A program made the translations under genes and the position numbers. The notes beneath the pieces are model-generated. The model worked only from the letters and a program-made list of their open reading frames with translations. It searched no databases and was not told where the DNA came from. Shown piece by piece: positions 13,201 through 26,502 of a DNA stretch of 64,000 bases (within the stretch, counting starts at the first letter, position 1; the number at the start of each line of letters is the position of its first letter). Source of the stretch: Squalus acanthias (Eukaryota); NCBI GenBank assembly GCA_030390025.1, contig CM059438.1:88908001-88972000 (forward strand). The letters are read 5' to 3'.

Positions 13201-16200
13201 TGCTGTTAAAAGCAGTGCACCCACCCTTCCACATGACTGGGACAAATGAAAACCAAAACTGAAAAGCACAAATCACAGCAAACAAAGACATGTGCTGAGC
13301 TCATCCAGAGACTCAGTCAGAGACTCAGTCAGTCAGAGAAATAATAAAAACACTGCAGCTTTGTGTTTTTTTTTACAAGAGTTACAAATAATGACCTCTA
13401 CGTAAAGGAAAACATTCAGATATTTATAATTCACATTTTTCTCTTAGGCCCTTCATGTGCATTATTTCTTTGAGAGTTCATTAGGATTTAGTGCTGCTCT
13501 TAGTGTTTCATTCTATTTGATGTCATTGCCAGACTGTGTTTGAATTTTGTTCCTCATTTTTCTGACTGTTTTAAAACTACCACTCGACATTTTGCTAGTA
13601 TTGCTAACTGTATCTAGTTCCTTTTCATCCAGCTGCATTTAATACCCAATTGGTATGGATCCATTCTAGATTTGCCACCAGTCTGCTGCAGCACCTTTTC
13701 CATCTCCCACTGCCAAGGAAGAGCTAGCAAACAGTGAAACAAGTCAAATCAATTAAAAGCCATCTCAGGGATCCCTATAGAGGAAATCTGATGGTCATTT
13801 TCTTAGTCAACTTAGTTTTACAGAAGCTAAACTCAGTTTTATTCACTGATCTCCATCATTCTCCCACTGCCAAACTCCACTATACTGAGAATTTCCACCT
13901 CATATACATGCACAACTTCCATATCCTACACTCTTAACCCTATCCCACCTAGTGATGATCCATTCTCGTTTACCTGAATGTACTCGGTACTATTGCTTTT
14001 AAGAGTTAAATCCTTACTAAGTGCCTTTAGTAAACAGCACAAAACACACACTTAATAGCCTAATCTCAGAATTGTAACATATCTGGGTGTAAAAGCTGGT
14101 AAATAAAATGCATCCAAGGAGAGAGGCTACAACATGCTGGGCCATGATTCTCTGTGTATACTTAAAAAAAAATTAAAGGGAGAAGGTTGGGGGAGGGGTC
14201 CTGGGTAAATGCCAGGCACTTTCACACAATGAGGCAAGTGCCTCTCGCTATCCCCAGTCACTACTCCCACCCAACAGCTGGCTATAGATCATGCTCGATT
14301 CATTTTTACACTGAGTTCCTTATCCCTGCTACACTATGAGGAGATCAAACATCTTTCCCACAGGAATGGGAAGGAAAGATTGGAAAGAAAACATCACAAG
14401 ATGCTTTCACATAACATCTGTTGACACCACTGGGAAATCCAGGGACAGTTTGTCTACTCACCCCTTGCTCACAAGGTAGGTAAGAAGTGGCAGGGAGGGG
14501 GGGATTTTGTTTTATGATGTTCACAATAGAGGACACTTTGCTGCGTGCAGCGGCCTTCATTACAATTTAAAAAGGTTTTGGTAATTCTGTAAACAACGAT
14601 TGCACTGCTTTACACATTTCCCTTTCTACTTCATTATATTAAACAAAAACTTAAATATACTTCCATGGTGCTACATGAGGGAAAAAAAGACTCGTACCCT
14701 ATATTTTAATAGGGTTCACTGCTGCAGTACAATGTTTGCTGAAGTCCCATTAAACAAATTATTATTAAGGATGTGAGATTCAACCTCAGTTGGTTGAACC
14801 TGATGTGATGTGACTGCCCCCACTCTCCCTGGACCACTAAACTCAAATGCAAAATGGAGCACGTTAATCTGCAGAGGTGATTTCTGAGAAACCCCATCAA
14901 ACCTGGTCCAAATTCAACTTACCAAATTTTATATTATCTTTTTTTGATGACCAGCAAAGCAAACTATAATGATCATATTAGGCTAAGTTTGGGGTTTCAA
15001 CCTTCAGTTTTGGCCCCTTCTGGATATAAATATTATTTAACAAGCCTTAACTGTCTTACACTCTGAGGTACCAGAGACTCCAGCTCTTCCCCTCCACCCT
15101 GACACCATGGCTCCCCTTGGGCGAGTGTACTATCCATCCAAAAAAAAAAACAATGACATCAAACAGAAGAACTCCAATCAGTACACATCTTCCATTAAAG
15201 AAAAAAATGGATTTCAGAACAGAAACAATAAATCTTGATGATTGCTAATTAACTAGAAAAACACACATTTGGAAGCAGTAAGACAAAAGCTGTGTAACCC
15301 AAAACCAAGCTGTACTTTTGCCTTTTAAAGAAATCAACGAGGTATTTGTTTTTTTTTGCAACTGTTGTATGTATAATACTGATACAAACACAGGGTTTCA
15401 GCTGAATTTGAAAAAAATACTCTCCACTGTGAAAATATACTTCAGAAACTTTTATTATTTATTTTTTTAGAATAAATAATCAATTTAGAACTACAATTGA
15501 GAGCAGCTTTTTGTGTAGCTTAATTAGCTTTGATAACTGAATAAATAATAGAACTATTGATCAAATAATTTCCTGTCCAGGAAATTCAGAACCGTCAATT
15601 TGCTTGCTAAGATCGGCACCTTAAAAGTAGCTTTTCACTGTACTATTGATCATAAATAGTAGTAATTATTAGTAGCATACAGGTCAGACTAACTCTGACC
15701 ATCCCATGGCATCTGACTATGGTAAAAGGGTCAACAAGGTGACCACTGCCAGGCATTGTGCCGTTTGTCAATATAACCCATATAAACATGTCATTGGTAC
15801 CGAAAGGGAAATAATTTGCATAACTTGACAAATTTTTTGATTCTGGGTGTTTAATATAAATTTCTAGGGGCCATGTCAGAACTCATATATACTGTGCCAG
15901 GGAGTGCATGAACATGCATTCACACACACAATCTCCTCCTACATAGTGAGTTTCCAATCTCAGCCATTCCCTTAGAGGAAGAAACTGAATGGAGGTCAGG
16001 CAAATCTCTACAGGAGGGGAAAAAGTCTTTTGTGCATCTCTTGGTGGCTGGTTACAGAATACAACTGGCATAGGTCTGAGAGCAGGTTGCCTACCTGACC
16101 TCATGTGGAATAGTACAAGGTTTAGAGTAGTGGTCCCCATAATTCACCCTACCTCTCCTTCACCCATGGTCCTTGGCTTCTATTGCCAGTTCATTTTGCT

Positions 16201-17149
16201 GTGGGATAATGCTGGAGTACATGTTATAATCATTTGGTTCCCAGTATCTCTCATTCCTGTCTGTATGTGCACTGTGAATGTAAACTATTAGGTTTCTTTC
16301 CTTTGCCTTTTCTCCCTGATGTTTTTAAGTGGAGAAAGTAGTCACAGACAGCTGAAACCCTGTTATTAAATATTTTAGCAGACAGTGGCTTGGAGGCGGC
16401 TTTAGGGAGTGCAGCTACCGTTCAGCAGAAACTCCAACAAATACACAGGTGAACATGCAAGAAAACAAAATAAAAGTGTCACATGACCAGCAATTCTACT
16501 CCATATAGCCAAGAAAATAAAAATGAAGAAAAATGTGCTGTTGAGTCACAGGCAGTGACCCTCATTAAGGTGGGCACAGGTAGAGCAACAGGGCGAGCAT
16601 GCAGACCAGAAAAAGTAGACTGAAGTTTGATATTGGGCAGTGCTACAAACAAAATAATAATGATGTGATGGTAACGGAGAAATCTACCACTTACCAGATG
16701 TATGTACTGCATGACCACAAATGCACTGACTTAGCAAGCCCAATTCTGTCTAATCTCAATTTCTAAATGTTTTGACTATTGAAAACAGCACAATTCACAC
16801 TAAAATATCAATAAGCATTACCTGCAGTAGATACAAAGAGGTCATATTGTGATACCTAGTTCAATGGCTACAAGTAAATAAATATGGCTCTAACCCTCTG
16901 GCATCTTATTTGAATAATATTACTGGGCACAACTTAAGGAAGTTATGCTGCCTTACTAGGCTACTTTTGGCTGGGAATGGGTGGAGATCGAGAAGAGGTA
17001 AAAAAAAATATACATTCAAATTACATAAAATTTATTTTAAAAAACCTCAGCAAAGGTGAGAAGAATGGTTGAAAAGTCATTGCGCCCCTCTTAATGGTTA
17101 GTTACAGAGTGGATTATTAGTAGCTCCCACCCCCTTCACACAACTTTAT

Positions 17150-17880
17150 CTTCTAGGAAGAAGAACTTTTATTTCTTTTATTGAGTTTCCAACATAAGTC
17201 AGCACAGTAACAAAAGGTGATGTATGAAAATAACTTTCAAGGCTTCTGAAGCCATGCACACGGGCTAGAAAATTAAAGCTTTGAGGACAGCAGCATTCAG
17301 GTTACATAAATACTATGAACACAGAAATGCTCTGTGGTGACTGATGATGATTCCTTAACTTGTTATATAGTAGAACAAAATAGATTCAAAAGGGTCAACC
17401 TATTTAAGTTCACTTTATTCCCCCTCTCCTCGCCCTCTTCCCCCCACCCCTCCCCACCAGAAATACCTTCAGCTAGGCTCTAAAGTCAATTTTAGGTATG
17501 ACAGTTACCTACAACCGTACGCAATTACTGCTGTGGTCATGAAGTACATGTATTCTGGTAAGTGGGTTTTTTTTTTGTTTCTTTTATTTTAAAAATGGGA
17601 AGCAAATTCAACAGTGGCATGCATCAGAAAACTGCTTTGGTTTTTGACATGGAAAAGTAGCCAGGTTAATTAAGAGCAACAGATGGCATGCCATAAAATA
17701 AACAGCAAGCACTTGCACCTTTGTTCATCTAATTTTTCCCCTCTCTTGTTTTGCTTTTGATCATTAAAAACCAAACCAAGCCAATAATCCAGCTAGTCTT
17801 CCATTTTTAAAAACTGTTAAGCAGAAGAATGTGTCCTTGCATACCAGCTCGCCCCGTGATTCATGGACCAGCACACCACC
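17150..17880 (-). other. FNBP1: Probable FNBP1 proximal 3' UTR with tandem AATAAA signals (17177-17182, 17168-17173)
   Basis: U-rich on the minus strand, repeat-free, with two AATAAA hexamers about 700 nt after the stop. The end position is estimated. Confidence 0.5.
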
Positions 17881-17888
17881 TTAGGTAC
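17881..17888 (-). CDS. FNBP1: FNBP1 alternative terminal exon, coding part (...NAK-GT*)
   Basis: Minus strand reads gctaac (branch point) - pyrimidine tract - ctctag|GTACCTAA. Phase 1 join gives G-T-stop, paralleling the 2-residue ends of human FNBP1 (DS*) and FNBP1L (GS*). Confidence 0.75.
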
Positions 17889-18099
17889 CTAGAGTCCAGA
17901 GAGAGGGAGAAAGGGACACATGTTAGCAACATGATGGACTAAGTTAGGGATATACTAGAAATCTTATAGGTGGTACAACTTTAAATATACACACACACAC
18001 ATATATAAGATCTTATTCAAGGATGCGAAAATGGTGAACCTGGGTCCAGCAGGAGACCTCTGGTACTTTTTGCACGGTTCTCCAACAGCTTAAACAACT

Positions 18100-18235
18100 T
18101 GGAGGCAAAAATAAAAACCGTGAATGCTAGAAATCTGTTCAAAATAAAAACTGCTAGAAATACATAACAGGCTGGCCAGCAGAGAACTGAAAGAGAAGAA
18201 ATGTTAGGTGTGACCAATTCTGATGAAAGGTCAAA
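18100..18235. mobile_element. Degenerate relative of the Penelope-derived short element
   Basis: gaatgctagaaatctg...actgctagaaatac...ttctgatgaaaggtca, similar to 36570-36703. Confidence 0.6.
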
Positions 18236-20137
18236 ATATTCTAACGGAGAATATCATGGAGACATTCACGGTGTGCTACCCTGAAAACAATTAGTATTTA
18301 TGCTATGTGCTATTGACACCTAGTGCCAGATCAATACTACACTAATGTATTTTTGTAGGATTGACAACGTGTCCATATAGAGACCTTTGATTCTTCAATG
18401 TCTAACTAGAATTTTAATTGTCCATTAGATGCATAGAAACATCGCTAAATCTAACTCTGTTGATACAGCACCATTATAAACCCATGTGCTGAATTTAAAT
18501 ACACAGGTGCAAACCTTCAATGGATAGGAGAGATTAAGGAGATGACAGTTTCAAATGCAGAGTGAAGATTTACCAAAATGGACGCCATCAAGGACCGCTA
18601 CCCAGAAAAGTTTAAACTTTCCCTCCAAAAAGGTTGACCGATGCACTGAAGTCCCCAGTGGTCGTCTGATTTCCGCCCTCTTGCAGAGGACATGGATCAT
18701 AATCCACTACATATGTTCTGTTGGTTACGAGATCGATTGTCACTTTGCAGGACTTCTTGTTTTAACTGCAAATCATTGGTCTAAAGGATATATCCTCTAA
18801 CATACAGCTATAAACACAATCCATGGCAAATAATTTGTAGCCCCAAAAAGACAAAAAAGCTTAAATGATTTTCTTTTTAATGAACATTAGAATGTGTTTT
18901 AAATCAGAACTGATTAAAAAAAACAAGTACCACCTTGAGAAGAATTTCAAAGTATGATGCTTCCAATTTTGGAAGTTAAATTATGAAAACATTTAACATG
19001 GTGGAAATGATTTAACAGCAATAAATGTTACTTTTTCAATTATCTTGGTTTTGTATACCTATGCACAGATTTTCCTAAAATTTCTGATTATTCGAACATA
19101 AAAATGTTAAAAGTTTTTCCTTAAAATCAAATAAACATTATTTTGAAAAATAACTATTACTGTAATTATAAATGAATAAAGGTCTCTGGACAATTTAATG
19201 CTGACAGGTTTTTGTAAACTGTTCTCACTAATTCTGTACATACTATGAAGTAGTATCATGGTTACTAACAGCACAATTTACAGTATTTTAGTGAGAACTT
19301 TTATTTTCTCAAGTATCTTCCATGAAGGCACAAAAACAGATTAGTTCCCACCCCAAATATATAAGCTATTTTAATAAAATAATAAAATTCAAATACAGGT
19401 GTAGTAGCAATGAATGATGTAATGCAAGTTCAATCCTCCACTCTGCTGAGCTGCCAATCTCAGTTATGCTGCTGTGGGGAGATGCCCAATAGAGGTCCTG
19501 GAGCCTCCCCATAGACATGCGGACAAGTGAAGGAAGAGACATTAATGGGTTGCTCTCCTACACGTTTTAAGTGGTTGGTTCATAGCAGCACTGGTGGAGG
19601 CTTGAAAGCAGGTTTCCTGCATGCCTTCTTGACTGCAGGAGATGCATGGTCTGGGAATAAAATAGGTGGGGTGGAATGAAGCATTACTTCTAGGTACATG
19701 AAAACCCACCAACACCATACTTTCCTGAAAGAAATCACCAAAACAGAAACTTTTGCTCACTTTCACTAAAACATAATTCTAAATTGCTATTGTTTAATTT
19801 GTATTACAACATGATAAGTGCAGTGGATTTTCTGTGACCTTTCCTTCAAAGACCTGAGGCACTGACTTGCAATCAGAAACTTTATGAACTTGAGACTATG
19901 AAAATAAACACCATTCCAAGCAACCAGGCAAAAAATTAATCTTTTGCTGTTTGTATACATTTCATACACTTTCACCAATCATGCATCTTAATTTCTGTAT
20001 AAAGTAACTGTACTATCTGACCGTTGCATTGTTTGTTATTTCAAAACAAAAAAATGCAGCCATTTACCACTTAACTACTCATTTGTGGGGAAAAAAACCA
20101 AAACATCAAATTGGGTAAATTAGATTTTTTTCCACAA

Positions 20138-20635
20138 AACATAACAGGAATTAGGAGCAGGAGTAGGCCATACGGCCCCTTGAGCCTGCTCTGCCATTCA
20201 ATAAGATCATGGCTGATCTTCTACCTCAACTCCACTTTCCCGTACTATCGCTGTATCTCGATTCCCTTCGTGTCCAAAAATCTATCGATCTCTGTCTTGA
20301 ATATACTCAACGACAGAGTGTCCACAGCCATCTGGGGTAGAGAATTCCAAAGATTCACAACCCTCTGAGTGAAGAAATTTCTCATCACAGTCCTAAATTG
20401 CCAACCACTTATCCTGAGGCTATGACCCCTAGTTCTAGACTCGCCAGCCAGAGGAAACAGACTCTCAGCATCTACCCTGTCAAGCCCTCTAAGAATTATA
20501 TAAGTTTCAATGAGGTCACCCCTCATTCTTCTAAACTCAGATCCTATAATGAGAATATAGGCCCATTCTACTCGATGTTTCCTCATAGGTCAACCCTCTC
20601 ATCCCAGGAATCAACCTAGTGAACCTTCGTTGCAA
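20138..20635 (-). mobile_element. CR1 3' fragment
   Basis: ORF RRMRGDLIETYIILRGLDRVDAE...FFTQRVVNLWNSLP. Confidence 0.93.
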
Positions 20636-22429
20636 TTAAAAAATGAAACATTAACAGTGGATCGGTAAAGCTGTGGCACATGCCAGTACTCTTTAGTCTT
20701 TGACCTTCCATACTACCAGATTGTTTAAAAACAATCTCAAAACAAATTTTGACTCTCTGTTGTGTACAATTTCTGTACATTTAAAAGGTTCAAGTTTCTG
20801 GTTATAAATGGTAACCTTTAAGTGCCTAACACAACAAGCATTTTTATTATCAAGCAATGTTGACCCCCAAGGCTTGCTCTGTACTGAAATGTTGATCACA
20901 TTTTTTTTTACCTGGGACTGTTGCCTACTACATAGCAACTTAAACATGCAAGAAGGATAAGATTATAGGGAGCAGGCAGTTTGCATATGAAGATATACAA
21001 AATTATACATTAATAACAAAAATGTATTATACTGATGAAGTCCCCAGAGTCAACTCAGTGACTGGGATTAGCTAGACTGTATATCAAGGTAAGATGAAGT
21101 GCGTACACAAATTAAACCAAACATTATTTGCTCAAAATAATTAACTCTGTACTTCTAGCTGAAGGTCAGCATTCATATAGTGGGGTTTGGCGTGATGGAA
21201 GTTTCAAAATAGTGACATGAGACTGGGTAACACATAAGGGACAAACCGCTAGAGTGTTACTCAGGGCCAATTCTACCTCAGATTGTTGGATCAAGTTTGG
21301 TACTCCATTCTGCTTATGCAATGATTCTGGTCTATAAATAGGAATAAAATGTGGAATCATTTTAAAGATAAAAAAAGGTCATTTACTGAAACGCTTTTGT
21401 GAATTGTAATTCTTGCTCAGGCATCGAGCACACATTGTTGTTTAGGTACATGTGTTGTTCTGTTGTGGAAAATTCCAGTATAGCTCGGGTGAGAATGATT
21501 ACATTGAAAAATAGTTGCATTCTGCTTGCTATGACATCTGTCATAACAATTTTATAATCGTTTGCTGCAGTTCAGTTTTCCATTAATATATGAAGTTAAT
21601 TTTTTGAGCATATAAAGTTCTTCACTGTACTGAGAACAGATGAGCATTGAATTTGTACCAAAAAGAAGCCTCTATTTTAGAGTGATTTTCTTCAAACATA
21701 CTTATTATAAAACTTAATGTAACAAAGCAAAGCATTGCATTAAACACATAGCTCTTATAACACAAACTCTAACACTGATAATTGATGGACAGTGAAAAGA
21801 ACATTTAGCTTGTAGCTATAGTATGTGGTTCCATGCTACAGAAGTATCTCTGGAAAGGTCTTCAAGCAGTTAAGAGATCTCTGCCAGTATAGCAGTCTGA
21901 CTCAAAAGAACAGCAGCTTACAAATGGTGTGCAAAGTAGTTGCATTCAATACTCTTACCAGTCAACCACTCTGCTTAAGTTTTCTTAAACACAAAGCAAG
22001 TGGATTAAGAGCTGGGCAAAATTTGAAACAGCAATAAAAAACACATTTTAAAACTGGTGCAAACAAAGCTGCTGACTGACATGTACCTGGTGTGCCAAAT
22101 GGGCATTCTACAATAATTGTTATTACCCTGGGAAGCCATGAAAACAATCACATTTACAAATATAACCTAACAGTTTAAAAAAATGGGAATGCAGTGGAGC
22201 CAACTGAAATGCAAAAGTTATGCAATGAGTGCCATGTTTTAAAGAGGAAACACTACCTTATTTTTAAACAAAGATATGCAATTCATTAGGTTACTTACTA
22301 ACAAAATCCTCTGTCCAGAGTTTTATGCTGGATGCAGCTCCATTGTGGAGAAATCCAATTTGTAACATTGGCATTTCTTTACAACATTTGCCTCACGTCA
22401 TCAATGACCCCCACTGAGGACCATTCTAT

Positions 22430-22430
<1 letters not shown>

Positions 22431-22470
<40 letters not shown>

Positions 22471-22499
22471 AGAGGGAGAGAGAGAAAGAGAGAGAGAGA
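22431..22499. repeat. (AG)n microsatellite
   Basis: Direct read. Confidence 0.97.
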
Positions 22500-22502
22500 A
22501 AT

Positions 22503-22590
22503 AACAAACTTGCATTTATATCGCACCTTTCATGACCTCAGGACATCCCAAAGCGCTTTACAGCCAATTAAGTACTTTTGAAGTGTAGTA
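22503..22590 (-). mobile_element. Deu-domain SINE 3' tail fragment
   Basis: aacttgcatttatatcgcacctttcatgacctcaggacatcccaaagcgctttacagcc. Confidence 0.75.
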
Positions 22591-23195
22591 GAGGATGATG
22601 TCAGCAAGGAAGCAGAAAGGCGGCAATGATACCTCCCTTGAAAACTACCTATACTACAAACAGGATTTCTCTAAAGTGCAGTTGCATCCAGCTCAGGAGT
22701 GGGTAGAGGATTCTGTTGGTGAGTAAACAATTAAAATGTAGTTTTAATAAATAAAATTGAGCAGCCATTTAATAATAGTAAAATCTGCATACAAATCAGA
22801 ACATAATGAACTTAACTGTTTTGAGCATTACATTTTGTGAAGTTATTATTTAAATGTTCTACTGTATCATGAAGTGATTTTAATTTTCAAAGAAAAAAAA
22901 GCATTTTGTGTGTGGTCATGGACAATGGACGCTAAGTTTCACAAAAAACTAGCCCCAGTATTGGCATAGATATCAGTATGTGCCAAATGCAATCTTACTG
23001 GTAACAGATAACAAGTAGCACTCTTGCGTTCTCCCTCCCCGCTCCCCAGTAACGTAAAAATGTTTGTTTATATAGTGCACAATAATGAAGTCACACGACC
23101 ACACTGTGTATTGCACTTTGTTGCATTCTCTTATCTGTGTGTAACACAGAACGTGGTCCTGTCTGACAAAACTTTCACCTCGAGTTTTCTTAAAA

Positions 23196-23374
23196 CTAGA
23201 TGTAAGTCATTGCACCTTTGGCATTTCTGTCCAAATAGACTTCCACATAGGATGTTGGAACGTATCCTTCCTCATCCTCGCTCCGTCGGACTCTCGTCCA
23301 ACCGTCTCCTTTATCTTCCTCTATCACGCTCAGTGTTTCTCCTTCCGCCATTGCTATTGTTCCTTCATTCTGAC
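23196..23374 (-). CDS. FNBP1: FNBP1 SH3 exon ([59 protein letters not shown]); internal donor after 23216
   Basis: ttcag| acceptor. SH3 motifs GDGWT and GYVPTSYV present. Stop TAG at 23196-23198 if read through; AAAG|gtgcaa internal donor. Confidence 0.96.
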
Positions 23375-23811
23375 CTGAATTGAAACAAGGTTCACAAATC
23401 AGGTAAAACCAAATCAGATGACAAGAACAGACAGCTTTAGGAAAAAACTCCTTTCTGCTTTCTTTCTTTCATCCTTTCACATGCTACCTCTCAATCTGCA
23501 ATGTGGGTCCACATTTGGGGCAGGAGTGCAGTTTTCTGGAGAACCTGTAGATTAGTTGATTTTGCCCATTTGGGAGTCTTGTGCACTGTTGTTGCTTTTT
23601 TTCTTAGTGACCCCTGAAATGTCCCAATTAAAACAGGAGACTTGAAAAGACTTAGTCTGGATTCCTCCATACAATGTACCATTTCTTGGTTGAAGCTGTA
23701 GCCATCTCAGCTTCTGCCAACCCCAATATTGTTCCGTAACTATTTGCTAGAAGGAACAAAACTGCCTTCTGGTTGACTCTTCTGGTGATGTGCCCTCTGG
23801 TCAGTGACCAC

Positions 23812-23957
23812 CAGTGTTGCCTCTATTTTTTTCCCCGGCGCGGGCCCTTTAAATTTGCTGCGCGGCCGCACATTCTCTTCCAACGGCAGCAGCTGGTGAG
23901 CGGCCTGCGCGGAACCTCGTGATTGACGCTCGGCCGCACACCTTAGGGAGAACATTG
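23812..23957. mobile_element. hAT-type MITE with perfect 8-bp TSD (gtgaccac)
   Basis: Ends cagtgttgcctcta / tagggagaacattg. gtgaccac at 23804-23811 and 23958-23965. Confidence 0.88.
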
Positions 23958-24465
23958 GTGACCACCCCCACAAACCCAGAGTTGTATAAGCAAACCTGGA
24001 TCCTTTGCACAGTGGCACACTGCTATGCTTTCAAATCCTTTCTTCCTTGCTGTCAAACACTATCAGTAAGCAATCATACTGGAAACGTCTGTTTTTCCTC
24101 TCTGCCTCTAAAAAGCACAACTCTAATGCAGTGTTCACCCTCTCCCTTTCTCTAGATTATCGTGCACTTTACCACCACACCTAGCTAAAAGAAAACCATC
24201 TCAGAGTTCAGCTACATGGGAATGATCCAGTGGGAGATGAAAGGGAGTGACTCTATTTGATTTGTTCTACATATGGGGCAGCACCTCATTCTCCATTTGG
24301 GCCCAGCCTCAACAGCGTGTGTGAGGTCAGTGAATTTACTGCGTGGGAAATTGCAGGAACAATTTTGAAGCAAGCACATTTTGTTGGATCTCCAGGATTG
24401 AAAAAAATTCCAAGGGGTTTCTAAGCCATAGTTTGGCTGCCTTATTTTCTCTGCAGTATATATAC

Positions 24466-24605
24466 CTTCGAAAGGATACATGGCTTTGCATGTGCCAATT
24501 GTTGCCAGTGTTTCTTCATCATCAAACTCATCATCAAATTCACTCTGTGCTGCAACTTTTAACTGAGGGTCCTGGTTCTGTTCTTCGGTGTAACTACCAT
24601 CAGGA
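24466..24605 (-). CDS. FNBP1: FNBP1 exon ([46 protein letters not shown]), acidic linker and start of SH3
   Basis: gagcag| and |gtatat boundaries, 140 nt. Seen within ORF 24212..24628. Matches human [10 protein letters not shown]...[15 protein letters not shown]. Confidence 0.97.
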
Positions 24606-25034
24606 CTGCTCAAGAAAGAAATACACACAGTAACTATAGAACAGCATTACCGAAAATACACAGCAGCAGATCCACAGGCAACTGCTGCATAAGGCTAAGT
24701 AGAGATGGTGCAGTAAAGCAATTCAATGCCACATAACAGGATACTGGATTCATCATACCATGACCACAAATATTTTTCTGTAGCACAGCAATTAACGGAC
24801 AAATGAAATACTTATTTAAAATCACAGTGAATCATTTAATTTAAATAGAAAAATTACAGCAAGTAATCTAGGGCAGCACAACATGCCACGACAAACCCAA
24901 CAAGTTTCGACACTAGTCATCGATGCTGCAACTGCTGCAATATTGCATAAAAAGTACCGGAGGCCTTGAGTGAATGATTATGTTACACCTTGAAAAACAG
25001 CTCTCATAACAAGCAGCAAAAATTAAATTCACAA

Positions 25035-25825
25035 GAACACATGGGGTCCATGCACACAGATCATTAAAATGCCATGGACAGGTACAGATAATAATCAAAA
25101 AGGCTAATGGAATGCTGGCCTTTATATCTAGAGGACAAGAATACAAGGGGGTAGAAGTTATGTTACAGCTATGCAAAGCCCTGGTTAGACCCCACCTGGA
25201 GTACTGTGAGCAGTTCTGCACACCACACTTTCGGAAGGATATATTGGCATTGGAGGGAGTGCAGCGTAAATTTACCACAATGATACCTGGACTCCAAGGG
25301 TTAAATTACGAGGAGCGATTACACAAACTTGGGTTGTATTCCCTGGAATTTAGAAGGCTAAGGGGTGATTTGATCGAAGTTTTCAAGATATTAAGGAAAA
25401 CTGATAGGGTAGATAGAGAGAAACTATTTCCGCTGGTTGGGGAGTTTCAGATTAGGGGCACCAATGTTCCCTTTAATTTGCGCGGCTGCGCAGCGCTCCA
25501 GGGATCCTGCGCTGCCAGTTTTTCAATGTAAAAACCGCACATGCGCGGTATTTTAAAGGGGCTGCGCAGCGCCAAAAAAAATTTAAGAGGGAACATTGGG
25601 GCAATAGTCTAAAAATTTGCGCTGTGTCTTTCAGGAGTGAAGTTAGGAAACACTTCTACATGCAAAGGGTGGTAGAAGCTTGGAACTCTCTTCTGCAAAC
25701 TGCAACTGATTCCAAATCAATTGTTAATTTTAAATCTGAGATTGATAGATTTCTGTTAACCAAAGGTATTAAGGGATATGGGGCAAAGGCGGGTATATGG
25801 AGTTAGGTCACAGATCAGCCATGAT
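25035..25825 (+). mobile_element. CR1 3' fragment containing a MITE
   Basis: ORFs LVRPHLEYC...RRLRGDLIEVFKI and KHFYMQRVVEAWNSL. Confidence 0.93.
25462..25598. mobile_element. hAT-type MITE inside CR1
   Basis: TIRs caatgttccctttaa / ttaagagggaacattg; imperfect gggca duplication at the flanks. Confidence 0.8.
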
Positions 25826-26383
25826 CTCATTGAATGGTGGAACAGACTCGAGGGGCTAAATGGCCTACTCTTAATCCTATGAACTGTAGAACACAACATG
25901 TTGGTAGACTAATGTATCATGTTATTCTCAGTTCTATTTTTTTCTAAATAATTTATCCCATTTTAACTTACAATATATACAACTTTAGGTCATCAATGTT
26001 CTTTAGGAGTAAATGGGGAATTCATACAGAACTATTTCACACAATGGTTAATAGATCTGTGAGTTAAGTTACCAGAAATGGTCATTGAAGCACATGGTAC
26101 AAATGGGTTTGAGGGATAACCAGATGTGTTTCTGTAGAAAGAAGTGAGAGGGGAATATGATGAGAAGGCAGATTTAGATCAGTCAAAAAGGTTGTTGCAC
26201 CAAGTGGCCTTCATCTGTTCCAAATTTTTCAATGTTTCCTATTTATGGACAGGTTCAAGCTTCAGTCTTCCATTGTAAAATGCACCATCATCTTGGGGAA
26301 CCGGACCTCTGTTAATTTACTTATACTTCTCATCGCACATCTTATTCAAGTAGTTGTTATTGCAATTAGTAACCATACTGTAC

Positions 26384-26502
26384 CTCTCACGGTCTTGTGC
26401 ACAGTTGTTGACAGCAGTGCTCTGCGACTCATACATCTCACTCTGTCGTCGTGGCTGATCAGTCTTGGCTGGTAAACGGCCTTCTACCTCGGCAAGCCAT
26501 GC
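26384..26502 (-). CDS. FNBP1: FNBP1 exon ([40 protein letters not shown])
   Basis: ttttcag| and |gtacag boundaries, 119 nt. [12 protein letters not shown] and [10 protein letters not shown] fit FNBP1 rather than FNBP1L. Confidence 0.96.
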
